This document shows, piece after piece, positions 62,473 to 64,000 of a stretch of 64,000 nucleotides of DNA. Numbering within the stretch: position 1 is the stretch's first letter; every line of letters begins with the position of its first letter. The DNA lies in NCBI GenBank assembly GCA_963741955.1, contig CAVUKB010000001.1, positions 32,001 through 96,000 of the forward strand. The letters are read 5' to 3'. Made by a program: the position numbers and the translations under genes. This DNA comes from an uncultured Acidobacteriota bacterium (lineage in GTDB: Bacteria > Acidobacteriota > Thermoanaerobaculia > Gp7-AA8). Under the pieces are notes generated by a model that worked only from the letters and a program-made list of their open reading frames with translations, did not search any database and had not been told where the DNA came from.

Positions 62473-64000
62473 CTCCCCAGCGCGGCACTCGCTATTCATG
62501 GCACGCATCGCTCGCGGCGGGACGCCGCTCGAGTGGGTCGCGCCTCCGGGCGCGAGGCTCCCCGGCATCGTGCCGGGGAGCGATGGATGCAACCGAGCGG
62601 AGATCGTGCGGTTGATGAGTGCGCGGGTTACCGTCTCCCGCTCTCGGGAGGCACGGAGTTGCGGGGTAGACGCGATCTCTCCCAGCGGCGCGATCAGTGT
62701 TCATGGCACGCATCGCTCGCGGCGGGACGCCGCTCGAGTGGGTCGCGCCTCCGGGCGCGAGGCTCCCCGGCATCGTGCCGGGGAGCGATGGATGCAACCG
62801 AGCGGAGATCGTGCGGTTGATGAGCGCTCGTGATTGAGTCTCCCGCTCTCGGGAGGCACGGAGTTGCGGCGTAGACGCGATCTCTCCCAGCGGCACGATC
62901 AGTGTTCATGGCACGCATCGCTCGCGGCGGGACGCCGCTCGAGTGGGTCGCGCCTCCGGGCGCGAGGCTCCCCGGCATCGTGCCGGGGAGCGATGGATGC
63001 AACCGAGCGGAGATCGTGCGGTGGATGAGTGCTGGGGTTACCGTCTCCCGCTCTCGGGAGGCACGGAGTTGCGGCGTAACGCGATCTCTCCCAGCGGCAC
63101 GATCAGTGTTCATGGCACGCATCGCTCGCGGCGGGACGCCGCTCGAGTGGGTCGCGCCTCCGGGCGCGAGGCTCCCCGGCATCGTGCCGGGGAGCGATGG
63201 ATGCAACCGAGCGGAGATCGTGCGGTTGATGAGCGCTCGTGATTGAGTCTCCCGCTCTCGGGAGGCACGGAGTTGCGGCGTAACGCGATCTCTCCCAGCG
63301 GCACGATCAGTGTTCATGGCACGCATCGCTCGCGGCGGGACGCCGCTCGAGTGGGTCGCGCCTCCGGGCGCGAGGCTCCCCGGCATCGTGCCGGGGAGCG
63401 ATGGATGCAACCGAGCGGAGATCGTGCGGTTGATGAGTGCTGGGGTTACCGTCTCCCGCTCTCGGGAGGCACGGAGTTGCGGCGTAACGCGATCTCTCCC
63501 AGCGGCACGATCAGTGGTCATGGCACACATCGCTCGCGGCGGGACGCCGCTCGAGTGGGTCGCGCCTCCGGGCGCGAGGCTCCCCGGCATCGTGCCGGGG
63601 AGCGATGGATGCAACCGAGCGGAGATCGTGCGGTGGATGAGTGCGCGTGATTGGGTCTCCCGCTCTCGGGAGGCACGGAGTTGCGGGGTAGACGCGATCT
63701 CTCCCAGCGGCGCGATCAGTGTTCATGGCACGCATCGCTCGCGGCGGGACGCCGCTCGAGTGGGTCGCGCCTCCGGGCGCGAGGCTCCCCGGCATCGTGC
63801 CGGGGAGCGATGGATGCAACCGAGCGGAGATCGTGCGGTGGATGAGTGCTGGGGTTACCGTCTCCCGCTCTCGGGAGGCACGGAGTTGCGGCGTAACGCG
63901 ATCTCTCCCAGCGGCACGATCAGTGGTCATGGCACGCATCGCTCGCGGCGGTAAGCCGCTCGAGTGGGTCGCGCCTCCGGGCGCGAGGCTCCCCGGCATC
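62473..64000. repeat. 204-205-bp tandem array, at least 8 units, runs off the window end
   Basis: TCATGGCACGCATCGCTCGCGGCGG anchor at ~62495, 62700, 62905, 63109, 63313, 63517, 63722, 63926. Confidence 0.95.

Noticed and set aside
62473-64000. CRISPR array or repeat-protein CDS (e.g. 62694-63614 minus)
   Set aside because: Variable window is only ~14 nt and recurs; the period alternates 204/205, breaking frame; peptides are low-complexity

Overview
GC-rich bacterial chromosome segment. The gene content and repeat style suggest Acidobacteriota, possibly Thermoanaerobaculia; this is an inference, not verified. Most of the window is housekeeping: pyrB-pyrC, a PilT-like ATPase, queF, purC, tsaB-rimI, asnB, lysS, two tRNA-Val genes followed by thrS-infC-rpmI-rplT-pheS, mreBCD-mrdA-rodA, ppiD and rarA. 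Accessory elements are a complete ISL3-family IS (22-bp IRs, 8-bp TSD), two different MITE-like elements, a VapBC pair and many 7-mer/9-mer intergenic repeats. The most striking structure is a ~4.6-kb mosaic array (50847-55413) of 151-bp palindromic REP-like units with interspersed inverted copies, which encloses a single DUF559-like nuclease gene. A second, unrelated 204-205-bp tandem array runs off the right end. Also notable: a Thr-rich leader peptide with terminator/antiterminator upstream of thrS, a divergent class III nucleotide cyclase-like protein, and many apparently leaderless genes. Coordinates were counted by hand and may be off by a few bases.
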